A DNA stretch of 64,000 nucleotides. It comes from an archaeon (lineage in GTDB: Archaea > Undinarchaeota > Undinarchaeia > Undinarchaeales > JBDRKL01). The notes below the pieces were generated by a model that was not told the DNA's origin, did no database searches, and saw only the letters and a program-made list of their open reading frames with translations. The stretch's first letter is position 1, and each line of letters opens with the position of its first letter. Below are positions 45,490 to 55,263 of this stretch, one piece after another. The position numbers were made by a program, and so were the translations under genes. Where the stretch lies: the NCBI GenBank assembly GCA_043814055.1, contig JBDRKL010000010.1, positions 20,685 to 84,684 on the forward strand, read 5' to 3'.

Positions 45490-48400
45490 ATGGCTTTAAA
45501 ATCTCAGCTTAAATCTAGATTTCTTATAATCTCCATTATTTTTTTCCTGCTCTTCGGGGCTGTGGCGGTTTTTGCAGTTTATACCCCAACACCATCCGCG
45601 CCAATGCTTTGCACTCCTGATGTTGCGCACGACAAAGTAAGTTGCAGGGTTGGCGGAGACGGCAACAGGGACCCGTCTTTCTCCTGGCGCGACGGAATAA
45701 ACATAGACCCAGTCAGCCAGTATTGGTCTGGGGACAACCCTGGCATGCGAATTGTTGGCCTTGATATTCCAAACAAATGCAAGATAGACCTCAGAATAGA
45801 AGGCATTTTGTGCAACCGGCTAGACCCTTTTCCCTCATTTGAAGTGCACAAGGAGGGCACAGTCAGCGGTAATGCGTGCTTTATGGACATGGTTGACTTG
45901 CCTTTTGGGGTGGGTGGGATTTGGAACGGGTGCACAGACGTTAATGCCCCGCCTTTTGTTAACGGGGGAGTGACCTATTATTATGAAGAGCCAGCACCAG
46001 TATGCAATGATGAGTGCAGTACAGGCCAATATTCCTGTAATGGCAGTGCGCGAATTGAGTGCGGCAACTTTGACGGGGATTCCTGTCTTGAGTGGGGCAA
46101 TAAGATTGATTGTGAGTATGGATGTGCGCTTGGGGTTTGCGAAGAGCCAGAACCCTTATTATATAATATTTCAGAAAAGCTTTATTTCCAGGCAGAGCCT
46201 TATCTGGAAAATACCTATGTTAATATGGAAGATGAGTGGCAAAAAATAAGCCTCTCTCAATACCAGAAGGTCACCGCCACCGAGCCGTCATTTTTCTTTA
46301 TGCAGGTTGATGAGAACACACGAACCTTTGCGTATGATTATCCCTCTGCTTCTCTGGGTGTAAGCGACAGCTGGGCTGAGCGAAAAGCGAAAATATACGT
46401 TGAGCATCCAAAGGGCTATTCTATGAGTGGAGCATCGGTTTACACAAGCATACCTGTTAGCGATACTATTTCAATATGTGTTGGTAACGCGGTCAATGAC
46501 AAGATAAACAACCTGCCAATAGAAGTTTTTGAGACACTTGGCAAAAAAGCCATTGAAGAAGCAGCCAAAGAAGGGGTTATCTGGGCTTCAGGAGTTGGCA
46601 TACTCCTCGAGTCAAAGAAAGCGATGGATGTTGCAAAATTTGTTGCCTGTACTCAGGAAGATGAGAATAATTATGTTTATATTGGCACGACAAACGAGGA
46701 CGGCTATGCAGAGGTCTGGCTTAGGGAAGGTCAGGATACAGAGATGATGGCTCGTTGGTATGATCTTAACACGCTCTACGGCGGGGTTTCTGTTGTGAAT
46801 CAATACGGATTCCAGGGCTCAAAGAACGTGAAAATTGAAGAATGGATGGGTGGAGTTCCTGAATTCACGATAAGCACAAAGGGCAAGGCGCGTGTAATAA
46901 CTATTCGCGACGAGACTCAGAAGGATATCGACGAAGAGTTAGAGCAAATTTCCAGCTTCTTTGAGAACGAATACGGCATTGAAGTGAATCACTGGACTGC
47001 TGATGACTGGGCTTACGCTCCAAAACCGCCTGTTGGCGGGGATGGTACTGACTTGAAAATTTACCTTGCACGCCTGGATTCCCTGCCTGGTGGTTCGCCA
47101 AATAATATTGGAGTGAACTTCCAGAACTACAATCCAACCCTAGTTTATGAGGGTGTTGCGTGGCAGGTTTTTGATGGCACTAATTGGTATGAAGGTGATG
47201 TTTTTGGACTGGTTGCTGCCGAATCAAGCTTAAAGAAATTTTTAATAGCTGGCCTTGGTAAAAACGGATTTGAAACTGCTGTTGACGCATTCACATCAAA
47301 AGAAATGAACAAGGTCGTCAAGTGGACAGATCCTGTGCAATATGAAACTCTCAAATCGCACGTTTATCAGATTAAAGGCGCAAGCACAGTAGATATCTGG
47401 GAAGCAAAAGTTTGTATTTCAGGCCCTAAAGACGATTGCAAAAACACAAACTCAAATGGAATTGCAGATTTTGGAAAAGTTCCAACAGGAACTTACACAA
47501 TCAGTGTTGAAAAGAAAGGTTATTCAGTTGATTCAACAACTCCTTCTCCACGCCAAGTTGATTTAAACAGCCCAGGCTCAACCCAGTGGGTGAACTTTGG
47601 GATGACTGCTAACGAGTGGAATTACGAAATGCCAGAAGAAGTCCGAGTAAGTGAGCGATTCTATGTATACACCAACTTCACAAACGTGGGTGACGAGCTT
47701 GTTGAGTTCTCCTACAGCACAGAGCTTCGCGGCGCAAAGTTCACGCGGCTTATGCTTCAAGGAACAACAGTCTTCCTTGCTCCTGGAAATTCAGAGCGCG
47801 CCCGATGGGAATTCAGCGCAGACCAGGAAGGCGAAGGAACGCTATGGATAATCAAGGGCAATCAGGAAATAAATACAGGCAAGAAAATCAAGGTCGGTCC
47901 ACTGCCTGATTTGGTTGCTTACATCCAGAAAATAGATGTGTGGGACTACGGCGGGCGAGTGGGGACTGATTTCCAGGTGAGTGTGGAGGTTAGGAACCGG
48001 GAGAACTACTCCGTCAACATTACAGTTGAAATGGTAAACAAGAGCAATAACGCTGTTCTCGAAAAACATAGTTTGATACAGGTGCCCTATGGGTGGAGCA
48101 TATACGGTTTTCAGGTTTGGCGCGAGGCAAATCCAGTTGATTACGTGTTCAATGTACGGTATGACGGCGCGGTAATTGACAGCAAGGACTTTACAGCTCA
48201 GGCAGGCACACAGGTTAATGTGCCTCCTGCGCCAACCAGCATAGGAGGCGGCTCTCCAAGCGTTAGAAGCCCAGCGCCTGCGAACTTGCCAGCAGATGCA
48301 CCAATCGCAGGTGATAGCTCAAGTGGATCTCAAAACGCACTGCCTTCAATGCCACGCAATATCCAGCAAGATACATTTTCTACACCTGCTCAAAATGGGC

Positions 48401-48498
48401 CAACTGGAATGATTTCAGCAATAAGCAGCTTTCCAGCCCATATTGTTAATGTTTTGAACAATGCCTGGAGCTTTATTATAGGATTATTTAGCTGGTGA
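45490..48498 (+). CDS. secreted/anchored 1002-aa protein with a Cys-rich module
   Basis: N-terminal TM or signal segment FLIISIIFFLLFGAVAVFAVY. Cys-rich CNDECSTGQYSCNGSARIECGNFDGDSCLEWGNKIDCEYGCALGVC. C-terminal Pro/Ser-rich linker, then PTGMISAISSF...FIIGLFSW. Confidence 0.7.
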   Translation: MALKSQLKSRFLIISIIFFLLFGAVAVFAVYTPTPSAPMLCTPDVAHDKVSCRVGGDGNRDPSFSWRDGINIDPVSQYWSGDNPGMRIVGLDIPNKCKIDLRIEGILCNRLDPFPSFEVHKEGTVSGNACFMDMVDLPFGVGGIWNGCTDVNAPPFVNGGVTYYYEEPAPVCNDECSTGQYSCNGSARIECGNFDGDSCLEWGNKIDCEYGCALGVCEEPEPLLYNISEKLYFQAEPYLENTYVNMEDEWQKISLSQYQKVTATEPSFFFMQVDENTRTFAYDYPSASLGVSDSWAERKAKIYVEHPKGYSMSGASVYTSIPVSDTISICVGNAVNDKINNLPIEVFETLGKKAIEEAAKEGVIWASGVGILLESKKAMDVAKFVACTQEDENNYVYIGTTNEDGYAEVWLREGQDTEMMARWYDLNTLYGGVSVVNQYGFQGSKNVKIEEWMGGVPEFTISTKGKARVITIRDETQKDIDEELEQISSFFENEYGIEVNHWTADDWAYAPKPPVGGDGTDLKIYLARLDSLPGGSPNNIGVNFQNYNPTLVYEGVAWQVFDGTNWYEGDVFGLVAAESSLKKFLIAGLGKNGFETAVDAFTSKEMNKVVKWTDPVQYETLKSHVYQIKGASTVDIWEAKVCISGPKDDCKNTNSNGIADFGKVPTGTYTISVEKKGYSVDSTTPSPRQVDLNSPGSTQWVNFGMTANEWNYEMPEEVRVSERFYVYTNFTNVGDELVEFSYSTELRGAKFTRLMLQGTTVFLAPGNSERARWEFSADQEGEGTLWIIKGNQEINTGKKIKVGPLPDLVAYIQKIDVWDYGGRVGTDFQVSVEVRNRENYSVNITVEMVNKSNNAVLEKHSLIQVPYGWSIYGFQVWREANPVDYVFNVRYDGAVIDSKDFTAQAGTQVNVPPAPTSIGGGSPSVRSPAPANLPADAPIAGDSSSGSQNALPSMPRNIQQDTFSTPAQNGPTGMISAISSFPAHIVNVLNNAWSFIIGLFSW

Positions 48499-48499
48499 G

Positions 48500-48835
48500 C
48501 TAAATAACAATCTCCAGGTCGTTGACGCTTTTGCGTCCAAGGGCAGTTGCGAGAGCTTGCTTCTTTTCCTGCAGGTCCAGAACTGACATATTTGGAAGGC
48601 TTACAATCACAATCGGCTTGCCCAGCTCATCCTCGCCAATTGTAATATCCTGCAGTTTTAGCTGAACGTCCGCAATGCTGTTCACACGCTCAATAAAAGT
48701 CCTGAACTTGCTGGGTTTTGTGAGCATAGTGCTCTTCTGTTCCAGCAGATTGCGCTCGGTGTAGCCTTCAAGCAGCCTAAATTTTACATTTATCATGCTT
48801 CTAATCGCCATATTAACATCCTCAGAAATGCTCAA
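48500..48835 (-). CDS. hypothetical protein
   Basis: 111 aa. Overlaps the stop of the upstream transporter gene by 14 nt. Confidence 0.45.
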   Translation of the reverse strand: MSISEDVNMAIRSMINVKFRLLEGYTERNLLEQKSTMLTKPSKFRTFIERVNSIADVQLKLQDITIGEDELGKPIVIVSLPNMSVLDLQEKKQALATALGRKSVNDLEIVI

Positions 48836-49880
48836 TAAGCTCTCTTAGTATGTGCCGTTTCTCAACATAGAGCTGAAGTATTGCCTGGGCGAGTCCTAGC
48901 ACTAAAGGTCCAATGACTATGCCCTTCATGCCCATTATGAGCGGCCCGCATATGAATCCCAGAATTATAAGCATTGGATGTATCTCAGAGCCAATCATTA
49001 CCAGCTTCGGCCTTATGTAAAAGTCCGGGATGAGTGTCAAAACTATTGCGCCGAATGCCAGAAACACAAGCCCGCCTGTTGGGTCACCTAGGAACATTAT
49101 GTGCCAGAGCCCCAGCGGGACATACATGAACCACGGTCCAATCAGCGGCAGGAATGCTATGATAAACATCATTATTGTTAGCAGTCCCAGGAATAGCATA
49201 TCAGGCCTGAATATTGCCCAGTACCCTGCCCCGAACAAGAGCGCTATTATCACTGACGTGAAAAAGTGCCCGACAAACAGGCCATAGCATATCTTGTGGA
49301 ACGACATCATTAGTTCTTGTATGAATTTTTCGCGCTTTGGAATCTGTGTGTCTAGGAATTTCTTGACAAGCGGAGCCTCAAATACGAAATAGAACGCTGA
49401 TATGAAGAAAATCGCGAATTTAAGGAATATTTCTATGAGCCAGGTCGGATGGAGCACATTGGCCCCTATGCCGTTTGTGAAACTTATGAGAAGTTTTCCA
49501 ACTTCAGAAGCAATCCGCTCGCTTACAATGCTAAGCCCTGCTGCGTCCAGCCCAATCTTGAGGTCAGACAGGAACCTGCCGGACTGGATGTGCTGCATGT
49601 TATTTATGAACCAGTGGAGCATATAGTTGATGCCGTACACTGTGGCGAGTATCAATGGCACCATTACGATTATGACAGCAGTGAGCGAGGCCATTAGCCA
49701 GCGCATACGCGGTTCAGTCTTGCCCTTGTTGAGCTTCTTAGCTACTGGGAATGTAATGTACGCAAGCGCAAGCCCAAATAAAAGAACATCCAAGAATCGC
49801 CATATTACAACCAGAGACATTGCAAGTATGAGTATTAATAGGGCTAATCCAAAAAATTTCCAGCTTCTAGTTTGTGTCAT
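48822..49880 (-). CDS. AI-2E/PerM (UPF0118) family membrane transporter
   Basis: 352 aa, 7-8 TM segments, with a family-like topology and conserved Pro/Gly-rich C-terminal helices. Confidence 0.55.
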   Translation of the reverse strand: MTQTRSWKFFGLALLILILAMSLVVIWRFLDVLLFGLALAYITFPVAKKLNKGKTEPRMRWLMASLTAVIIVMVPLILATVYGINYMLHWFINNMQHIQSGRFLSDLKIGLDAAGLSIVSERIASEVGKLLISFTNGIGANVLHPTWLIEIFLKFAIFFISAFYFVFEAPLVKKFLDTQIPKREKFIQELMMSFHKICYGLFVGHFFTSVIIALLFGAGYWAIFRPDMLFLGLLTIMMFIIAFLPLIGPWFMYVPLGLWHIMFLGDPTGGLVFLAFGAIVLTLIPDFYIRPKLVMIGSEIHPMLIILGFICGPLIMGMKGIVIGPLVLGLAQAILQLYVEKRHILRELIEHF

Positions 49881-49963
49881 CTATCTCCCGGTTCTTGTAT
49901 TGCGTATTTAGGTATTTAAAGGTAGTGATAATGCTTTTATACCTGAAATCTTTATACACAGTT

Positions 49964-50473
49964 ATGGATAAAGACACAATTCATTTTATATTAACTGGTG
50001 GAACTATTGATAGTTACTTGGATGGTAAAAAAGATGCAATAGTTACTCTGAAAAAATCATTTTTACCAGAGTATCTGAACTCATTATCTCTCTATATTAA
50101 ATTCAAGTTCACTGAGCTTTTTATGAAGGACAGCCGGCAGATAACCGAAGCTGACTTAAAATTAATCAAAAAAACTATAGATGGGTCTGAATACAAAAAA
50201 ATTATTCTCACACACGGAACTTACACAATGGCAGATACTGCAAGATATTTGAAGGCAAATCTAAAACGAAAAGATCAAGTAGTAGTTTTAATGGGTTCAT
50301 TCTTGCCTCTGAAAGAATTCCCTCTTTCTGATGGTGCATTTAACTTGGGTTTTGCAATAGCAAAAGCGCAAACCTTGAAACCCGGGGTTTACATCTTTAT
50401 GAACGGTAAGGAATTCGAGGCAGACGAAGCTGCAAAATTAGTAAGTGAAGGTCGATTTATATCGGTTAAGTGA
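49964..50473 (+). CDS. single-domain L-asparaginase-like protein
   Basis: 169 aa from ATG 49964. TGGTIDS (catalytic Thr motif) and ILTHGTYTM (HGTDT-like second motif). It lacks the C-terminal domain of classical asparaginases. Confidence 0.6.
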   Translation: MDKDTIHFILTGGTIDSYLDGKKDAIVTLKKSFLPEYLNSLSLYIKFKFTELFMKDSRQITEADLKLIKKTIDGSEYKKIILTHGTYTMADTARYLKANLKRKDQVVVLMGSFLPLKEFPLSDGAFNLGFAIAKAQTLKPGVYIFMNGKEFEADEAAKLVSEGRFISVK

Positions 50474-51571
50474 TTACCCTTCAACTTTAAACCGCAAAAT
50501 CGCTGCGTACCCACCGAACTGTGAAATTTGCTGTCCTTCGCGGGTCTCGTTTGAAATGATTTGAACTTCTGTTGCAGTCTGCTGTGCAGTCTCAGTCAAT
50601 TCTTCAATCTTTTCCTCGTCCAAATCCTCTGAAAGCATTAAAACTTCAATCGCGCCCATCGCAAGCGCCTTGCGCACATCCTCTTCGCCGTATGTAGCGA
50701 GCCCGGTGTCCTTGCCCAAATGCCCAAGGAACTTGTCCACAAGATGCTTCTCCTTCATCACCGCGGCTTCCTTGAGAATGTCATCTGACTTCTCTATGAG
50801 CTCGCGGAGCCCTTGCTCGCCTGTGTAGCCGATATCCAGAATGCCGAGCACTTTCTCACGCAAGTCAGTGTGTATGTGCTCTTTGTCCATCAATTCAGTT
50901 TTTGTAGGCCCTGGCCCGCCAACAATAATTCCTTTTAAGTTCTCCTCTTTCTTGAATATGGTGTTCGCTGCTTCGCTCACTTCCTTGTAAAAGTCATTCG
51001 CCATTCCCTCAATCATCCTAGCGAACCTCTGCGCTGACTGCCCGCCTGCCCTGAACTTGCCAGGGATTAGCGAGTCAAAGCTCTCTACAATGTCAAGCCG
51101 TGTGCCTTTCAGGAACGCGATGTCCGCATGCTGTCTTTCAATAACTATGAGCCCGTAGGTCTCGCGGCTCTCAAGCATGTCCTCCAGTGGCTCAAGCACG
51201 AACTTCTGCGAGCAGCGGTAAAGGTTCATATTGAGCGGCTTTGGCGGGGTAATGCTCTCCATCAGGAAGTCATCGCGGCCCTCGTTCTCCGAGACATTGC
51301 CGCAGAACACCGCGAGCCCGTTCTTCGGGGTCTGCTTAAACTGCTTGAAATGCTGTAGAATTTTAGTCAGCGCTGTGCCAACGTTCTTGCGCGTTGTCGC
51401 GCTCTTGATGTTTGACGCAGTGCCCTGCTCCTCAAACAAGCGCCCGGCTGCCTTGTCCAGGTTGTAGCCGTCTGCGATGTAAACTGTGATTAGCTCAGTG
51501 TGCCTGCCACGCTTTGACCTGAGCTCGCGGAGCTTTTTCTTCAGTTCGTGGAGTTGTTGTTCGTCGGTCAT
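50474..51571 (-). CDS. prf1: peptide chain release factor aRF1
   Basis: 365 aa with a NIKS motif (TASNIKSATTRKNV) and a GGQ motif (RAGGQSAQRFARM). Confidence 0.85.
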   Translation of the reverse strand: MTDEQQLHELKKKLRELRSKRGRHTELITVYIADGYNLDKAAGRLFEEQGTASNIKSATTRKNVGTALTKILQHFKQFKQTPKNGLAVFCGNVSENEGRDDFLMESITPPKPLNMNLYRCSQKFVLEPLEDMLESRETYGLIVIERQHADIAFLKGTRLDIVESFDSLIPGKFRAGGQSAQRFARMIEGMANDFYKEVSEAANTIFKKEENLKGIIVGGPGPTKTELMDKEHIHTDLREKVLGILDIGYTGEQGLRELIEKSDDILKEAAVMKEKHLVDKFLGHLGKDTGLATYGEEDVRKALAMGAIEVLMLSEDLDEEKIEELTETAQQTATEVQIISNETREGQQISQFGGYAAILRFKVEG

Positions 51572-51900
51572 CCCAGCTTGTCGCCCTCCTTAACTTCCTG
51601 CTCCGGCTGCATTAGCACAACGCCCTGGTCTGAATACGTGCCTAGCACGAGAACTTCAGACATGAAATTGCCAATTTGCTTTGGGGGAAAATTCACAACA
51701 GCCATAACTTGTTTTCCCACCAAATCTTCTGGCTTGTAAAGCTCTGTGAGTTGTGCGCTTGTTTTTTTTATTCCCATATGACCAAAGTCAATCTCCATTT
51801 TGTATGCGGGTACTTTTGCACCTTCAAACGACTCTGCTTTCAGCACTTTGCCTACCCTAATATCAACCTTCATGAAATCCGCGAATGTTATCTCAGGCAT
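51568..51900 (-). CDS. csaA: tRNA-binding protein (CsaA/Trbp111, EMAP-fold)
   Basis: 110 aa. ITFADFMKVDIRVGKVLKAE start and the NFPPKQIGNFMSEVLVLG block. Confidence 0.8.
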   Translation of the reverse strand: MPEITFADFMKVDIRVGKVLKAESFEGAKVPAYKMEIDFGHMGIKKTSAQLTELYKPEDLVGKQVMAVVNFPPKQIGNFMSEVLVLGTYSDQGVVLMQPEQEVKEGDKLG

Positions 51901-54289
51901 CCAAACTCACCTTCAGCCCTTCCCCTTCCTTAATCACAACTTCTTCAGCCCGCGCAGTGCCTTTTATGTCAAGTTCCAGCAACCCAAGCAACTTCTTGTT
52001 GCCTTCAATCGTGACTGTCTTAACCTCAGCTCCGAGCGATATGCTCTTCTCCTGCTTTGCCTGCCGCACTCCAGCCACAACCTGCAGGAGAAGCTCGCCA
52101 GCTTCCTTTGCCTCTGCATCAATCCATTCTTCCTTAACTTCAGGCCACTTTGAAGTGTGAATGCTCTTCTCTTTCTCTCTCTTTGCGTAGCTCCAGCTGA
52201 AAATTTCCTCAGTTATGAACGGCATAATCGGCGCCATCATCTTCAAACATGAAAGCAGAACGTGATAAAGCGTGTACTGCGCGCCTTCCTTGCCCTCAGG
52301 GTACTTGTCCGGGTTGTACAGCCTGTCCTTAACAATTTCCAGATAATTGTCGCAAAGAATGTGCCAGAAGAAATTCTCCACATTCATCTTGGTTTTTGAA
52401 TACTCATATTTCTCAAAGAAATCAGTTGATTCCTGCACTATATCATTCAATTTTGCAAGAATCCACTTGTCCACAACCCTGAGCTTCTCTTCCCCAGTCG
52501 GCTTGTAGCCCTCTAGGTGCATCTGTACGAACTTTGACGCATTGAATAGCTTGGTCGCGAACTTCATTCCGGTCTGCAGGTCTTTTTCCTGGAACGGCAT
52601 ATCCTCGCCGAGCGTTGAGCCAGCTGCCCAGAAGCGCAGCGCGTCCGCGGAGTATTTCTCAATTGTTGCCTGCGGCTCAACCACGTTGCCCTTTGACTTT
52701 GACATCTTCTTGCCTTTTGGGTCAAGCGCCCAGCCGCTAATCATTATGTCCTTCCACGGCGGCTTGTTGTAGTACAGTTTTGATTTTACCACAGTATTGA
52801 AGAGCCAGAACGTAATTATGTCGTGCGCCTGTGGTCTGAGGCTCATCGGGAAGAGCTTGTCAAACAGTTCAGGGTATAGCCCGGCTGCAATCTGCGGTGT
52901 ATGAGAGCTGGTCATCCAGGTGTCAAACACGTCCTTCTCAGGCTCAAAGTCGCTTGAGCCGCACTTGCACTTCTGCTTTGGCTTGTCCTTGAGCGGGTCA
53001 ACAGGCAATTGCGACTCGTCAGCAATAATTGATTCCCCGCACTTTTTGCAATACCACACTGGAAGCGGAACTCCGAAGTGCCTCTGCCGCGAGATGCACC
53101 AGTCCCACTTAAGCCCGTCAATCCAGTTGTCATACCTGTGCTTCATGTACGCTGGGAACCAGTTCATCTCTCCCCCTGCGCCGAGGAAGTCAGCTTTCAG
53201 GTCCATGTAGCGGATGAACCACTGCTCAGTCATCAGAATTTCAAGGTCTGTTCCGCACTTGTCGTGCGTATTCACAACGTGCTTCATCGGCTCTGCTTTC
53301 TCAAGCCGTCCATCCTTTTCCAGGTCCTGGGTGATTGCGTCGCGCGCCTCTTTCATCTTCAAGCCTTTGTACTGACCAGCTTTCTCATTGAGCGTGCCGT
53401 CCTTGTTAAGTATTTCAATCGGGGTTATGCCAAAGTCCTCAACCCACTGAACATCGTCCATATCTCCAAATGTGCAGTGATACACAGCTCCAGTTCCGAA
53501 CTCAGGATCAGCGTCTTTGTTAGCATAAATCTCAACTTCCCTGTCAAAACCAAGTGGTAGAATCGCTTTTTTACCCACAAATTCCTTGTAGCGCTTGTCA
53601 TTTGGGTGCACGAAAACTGCAACGCAGGCTGGCAAAAGCTCAGGCCTTGTTGTTGCGATTGTGATTGGCTTTCCCTCAGTTGTGTCCATTTTGAAGTAAA
53701 CGAATTTTGATTCGCGCTCCTCGTCCTTCATCTCCACCTGCGCAATCGCGGTCTGGCACTCCGGGCACCACATGAATGGGCTCCGCTTGCGATAAACGCG
53801 GTTTATCTTGTGCAAATCCAGGAAAGATTTCTGCGCTATTTTCTGGCAGTGCTCATTGATTGTTGTGTAAGTAACATTAAAATCAGCAGAAGTTCCGATG
53901 CGCTTCCAGTCCTCAATATACTGCGGTCTAAGCTCTTTCTCAAGTGTTTCAAGGCAGAGCTTGACGAAATCAGCGCGCTCCATCCGGGTTGATTTGACTT
54001 TCTTCATCTTCTCAATCAAGCGCTCAGTAGGGAGTCCGTTGTCGTCAGTTCCGAAAGGGTAGAAGAGGTTGTAGCCGCGCATTCGCTTGTACCGCGCGAC
54101 AAAGTCCATTTGAGAGTATGAAAAAGCGTGTCCTATGTGCATTTTGCCTGAGACAGTTGGTGGCGGAGTGTCTATTGAATAAATAGGCGCATTGCTCTTT
54201 GGGTCAAAGGCGTAAGTTTTGTCCTTGTCCCAAGTGTCGCGCCACTTCTTCTCGGCTTCCTTTGCGTTATAGTGCTTGGATGGGTCCAT
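51893..54289 (-). CDS. valS: valyl-tRNA synthetase
   Basis: 798 aa. TPPPTVSGKMHIGHAF (HIGH) and KMSKSKGN (KMSKS). Class Ia editing-type architecture. Confidence 0.8.
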   Translation of the reverse strand: MDPSKHYNAKEAEKKWRDTWDKDKTYAFDPKSNAPIYSIDTPPPTVSGKMHIGHAFSYSQMDFVARYKRMRGYNLFYPFGTDDNGLPTERLIEKMKKVKSTRMERADFVKLCLETLEKELRPQYIEDWKRIGTSADFNVTYTTINEHCQKIAQKSFLDLHKINRVYRKRSPFMWCPECQTAIAQVEMKDEERESKFVYFKMDTTEGKPITIATTRPELLPACVAVFVHPNDKRYKEFVGKKAILPLGFDREVEIYANKDADPEFGTGAVYHCTFGDMDDVQWVEDFGITPIEILNKDGTLNEKAGQYKGLKMKEARDAITQDLEKDGRLEKAEPMKHVVNTHDKCGTDLEILMTEQWFIRYMDLKADFLGAGGEMNWFPAYMKHRYDNWIDGLKWDWCISRQRHFGVPLPVWYCKKCGESIIADESQLPVDPLKDKPKQKCKCGSSDFEPEKDVFDTWMTSSHTPQIAAGLYPELFDKLFPMSLRPQAHDIITFWLFNTVVKSKLYYNKPPWKDIMISGWALDPKGKKMSKSKGNVVEPQATIEKYSADALRFWAAGSTLGEDMPFQEKDLQTGMKFATKLFNASKFVQMHLEGYKPTGEEKLRVVDKWILAKLNDIVQESTDFFEKYEYSKTKMNVENFFWHILCDNYLEIVKDRLYNPDKYPEGKEGAQYTLYHVLLSCLKMMAPIMPFITEEIFSWSYAKREKEKSIHTSKWPEVKEEWIDAEAKEAGELLLQVVAGVRQAKQEKSISLGAEVKTVTIEGNKKLLGLLELDIKGTARAEEVVIKEGEGLKVSLDA

Positions 54290-54397
54290 TTTAAGATTTT
54301 AAAAGAATATGAGCCGGGCTAAACCCGATGTTCAAACTACAACAACTGAAGAGTTGCTCATAAGGAGAGTATTGAGTGCTGGGTATAAAAAGGTTAC

Positions 54398-55195
54398 TTA
54401 AAAACTCCCCAGCGTGCTCTGCGCAATCTCGTCCAAGCTTACGCGTTGCCCGTCCTTTGCCGCGATTGTCCTGACTCCAGTTTCATCCTGAATCTTGCTG
54501 GCTTCGTGCTCCGGTCCTGCCTCAAGACTCTTCATTCCGAAATGAGTTAGAACGCAGAGCTTCGGCCTGACTTCATTGAGTATGTTCACAACGTCCTCGC
54601 TGCACAAATGCCATTTTATCCTCTCATTACCTGATCTGAGCAGGCCGATTATCAAAATATCAATATCTTTATACTCTTCTGCAAGCCCTTCAAAATACTC
54701 TGTGTCGCTTGTGTAAGCAATCTTTTTCCCATCATATTCAAGCACAAAGCCGAACGTGCTCGGGTCCTTGTGCTGTGCTTTTGTTGCCCTGAACTTGACA
54801 CTGCCGAGCTCATACTCATCACCTGGCTTAACCAGGTGCTTTTCTGCGAGATTCTCAGCGTGGAAACTGGATATGCAGGGCTCAATGTCCTCAACCCCGC
54901 TCAGGACGGACTCTGAAGCAAGAAGAACGCCGCGCTTTTTCGTGGCGCTGCTGGTCATTGCCTCAATCATCACGTTCATATCAGTGCAGTGGTCTGGGTG
55001 GCCGTGGGTTGTGATTAAATGCGTAACTTTGCTCGCCCACTCCTGACTCTGCCTGCACCGAACTAATGCGCCCGGCCCAGGGTCTGCGTGGATTACAGTA
55101 TCACCCAAGTTGAAGCGGATGCCTCCTGTTGCGCGCTTTTGCGTAAGCATCACAAACCTGCCGCCGCCGGTGCCGAGGAATACTATGGTGTCCAT
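54398..55195 (-). CDS. MBL-fold metallo-hydrolase
   Basis: 265 aa with THGHPDH (HxHxDH) and a downstream His/Asp pattern. Confidence 0.7.
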   Translation of the reverse strand: MDTIVFLGTGGGRFVMLTQKRATGGIRFNLGDTVIHADPGPGALVRCRQSQEWASKVTHLITTHGHPDHCTDMNVMIEAMTSSATKKRGVLLASESVLSGVEDIEPCISSFHAENLAEKHLVKPGDEYELGSVKFRATKAQHKDPSTFGFVLEYDGKKIAYTSDTEYFEGLAEEYKDIDILIIGLLRSGNERIKWHLCSEDVVNILNEVRPKLCVLTHFGMKSLEAGPEHEASKIQDETGVRTIAAKDGQRVSLDEIAQSTLGSF

Positions 55196-55263
55196 TAGAG
55201 CTTTGAGTTGCTTTTTCGCATTAATAAAAGTAACTATAAATATTACGAGACCAACTATATACT

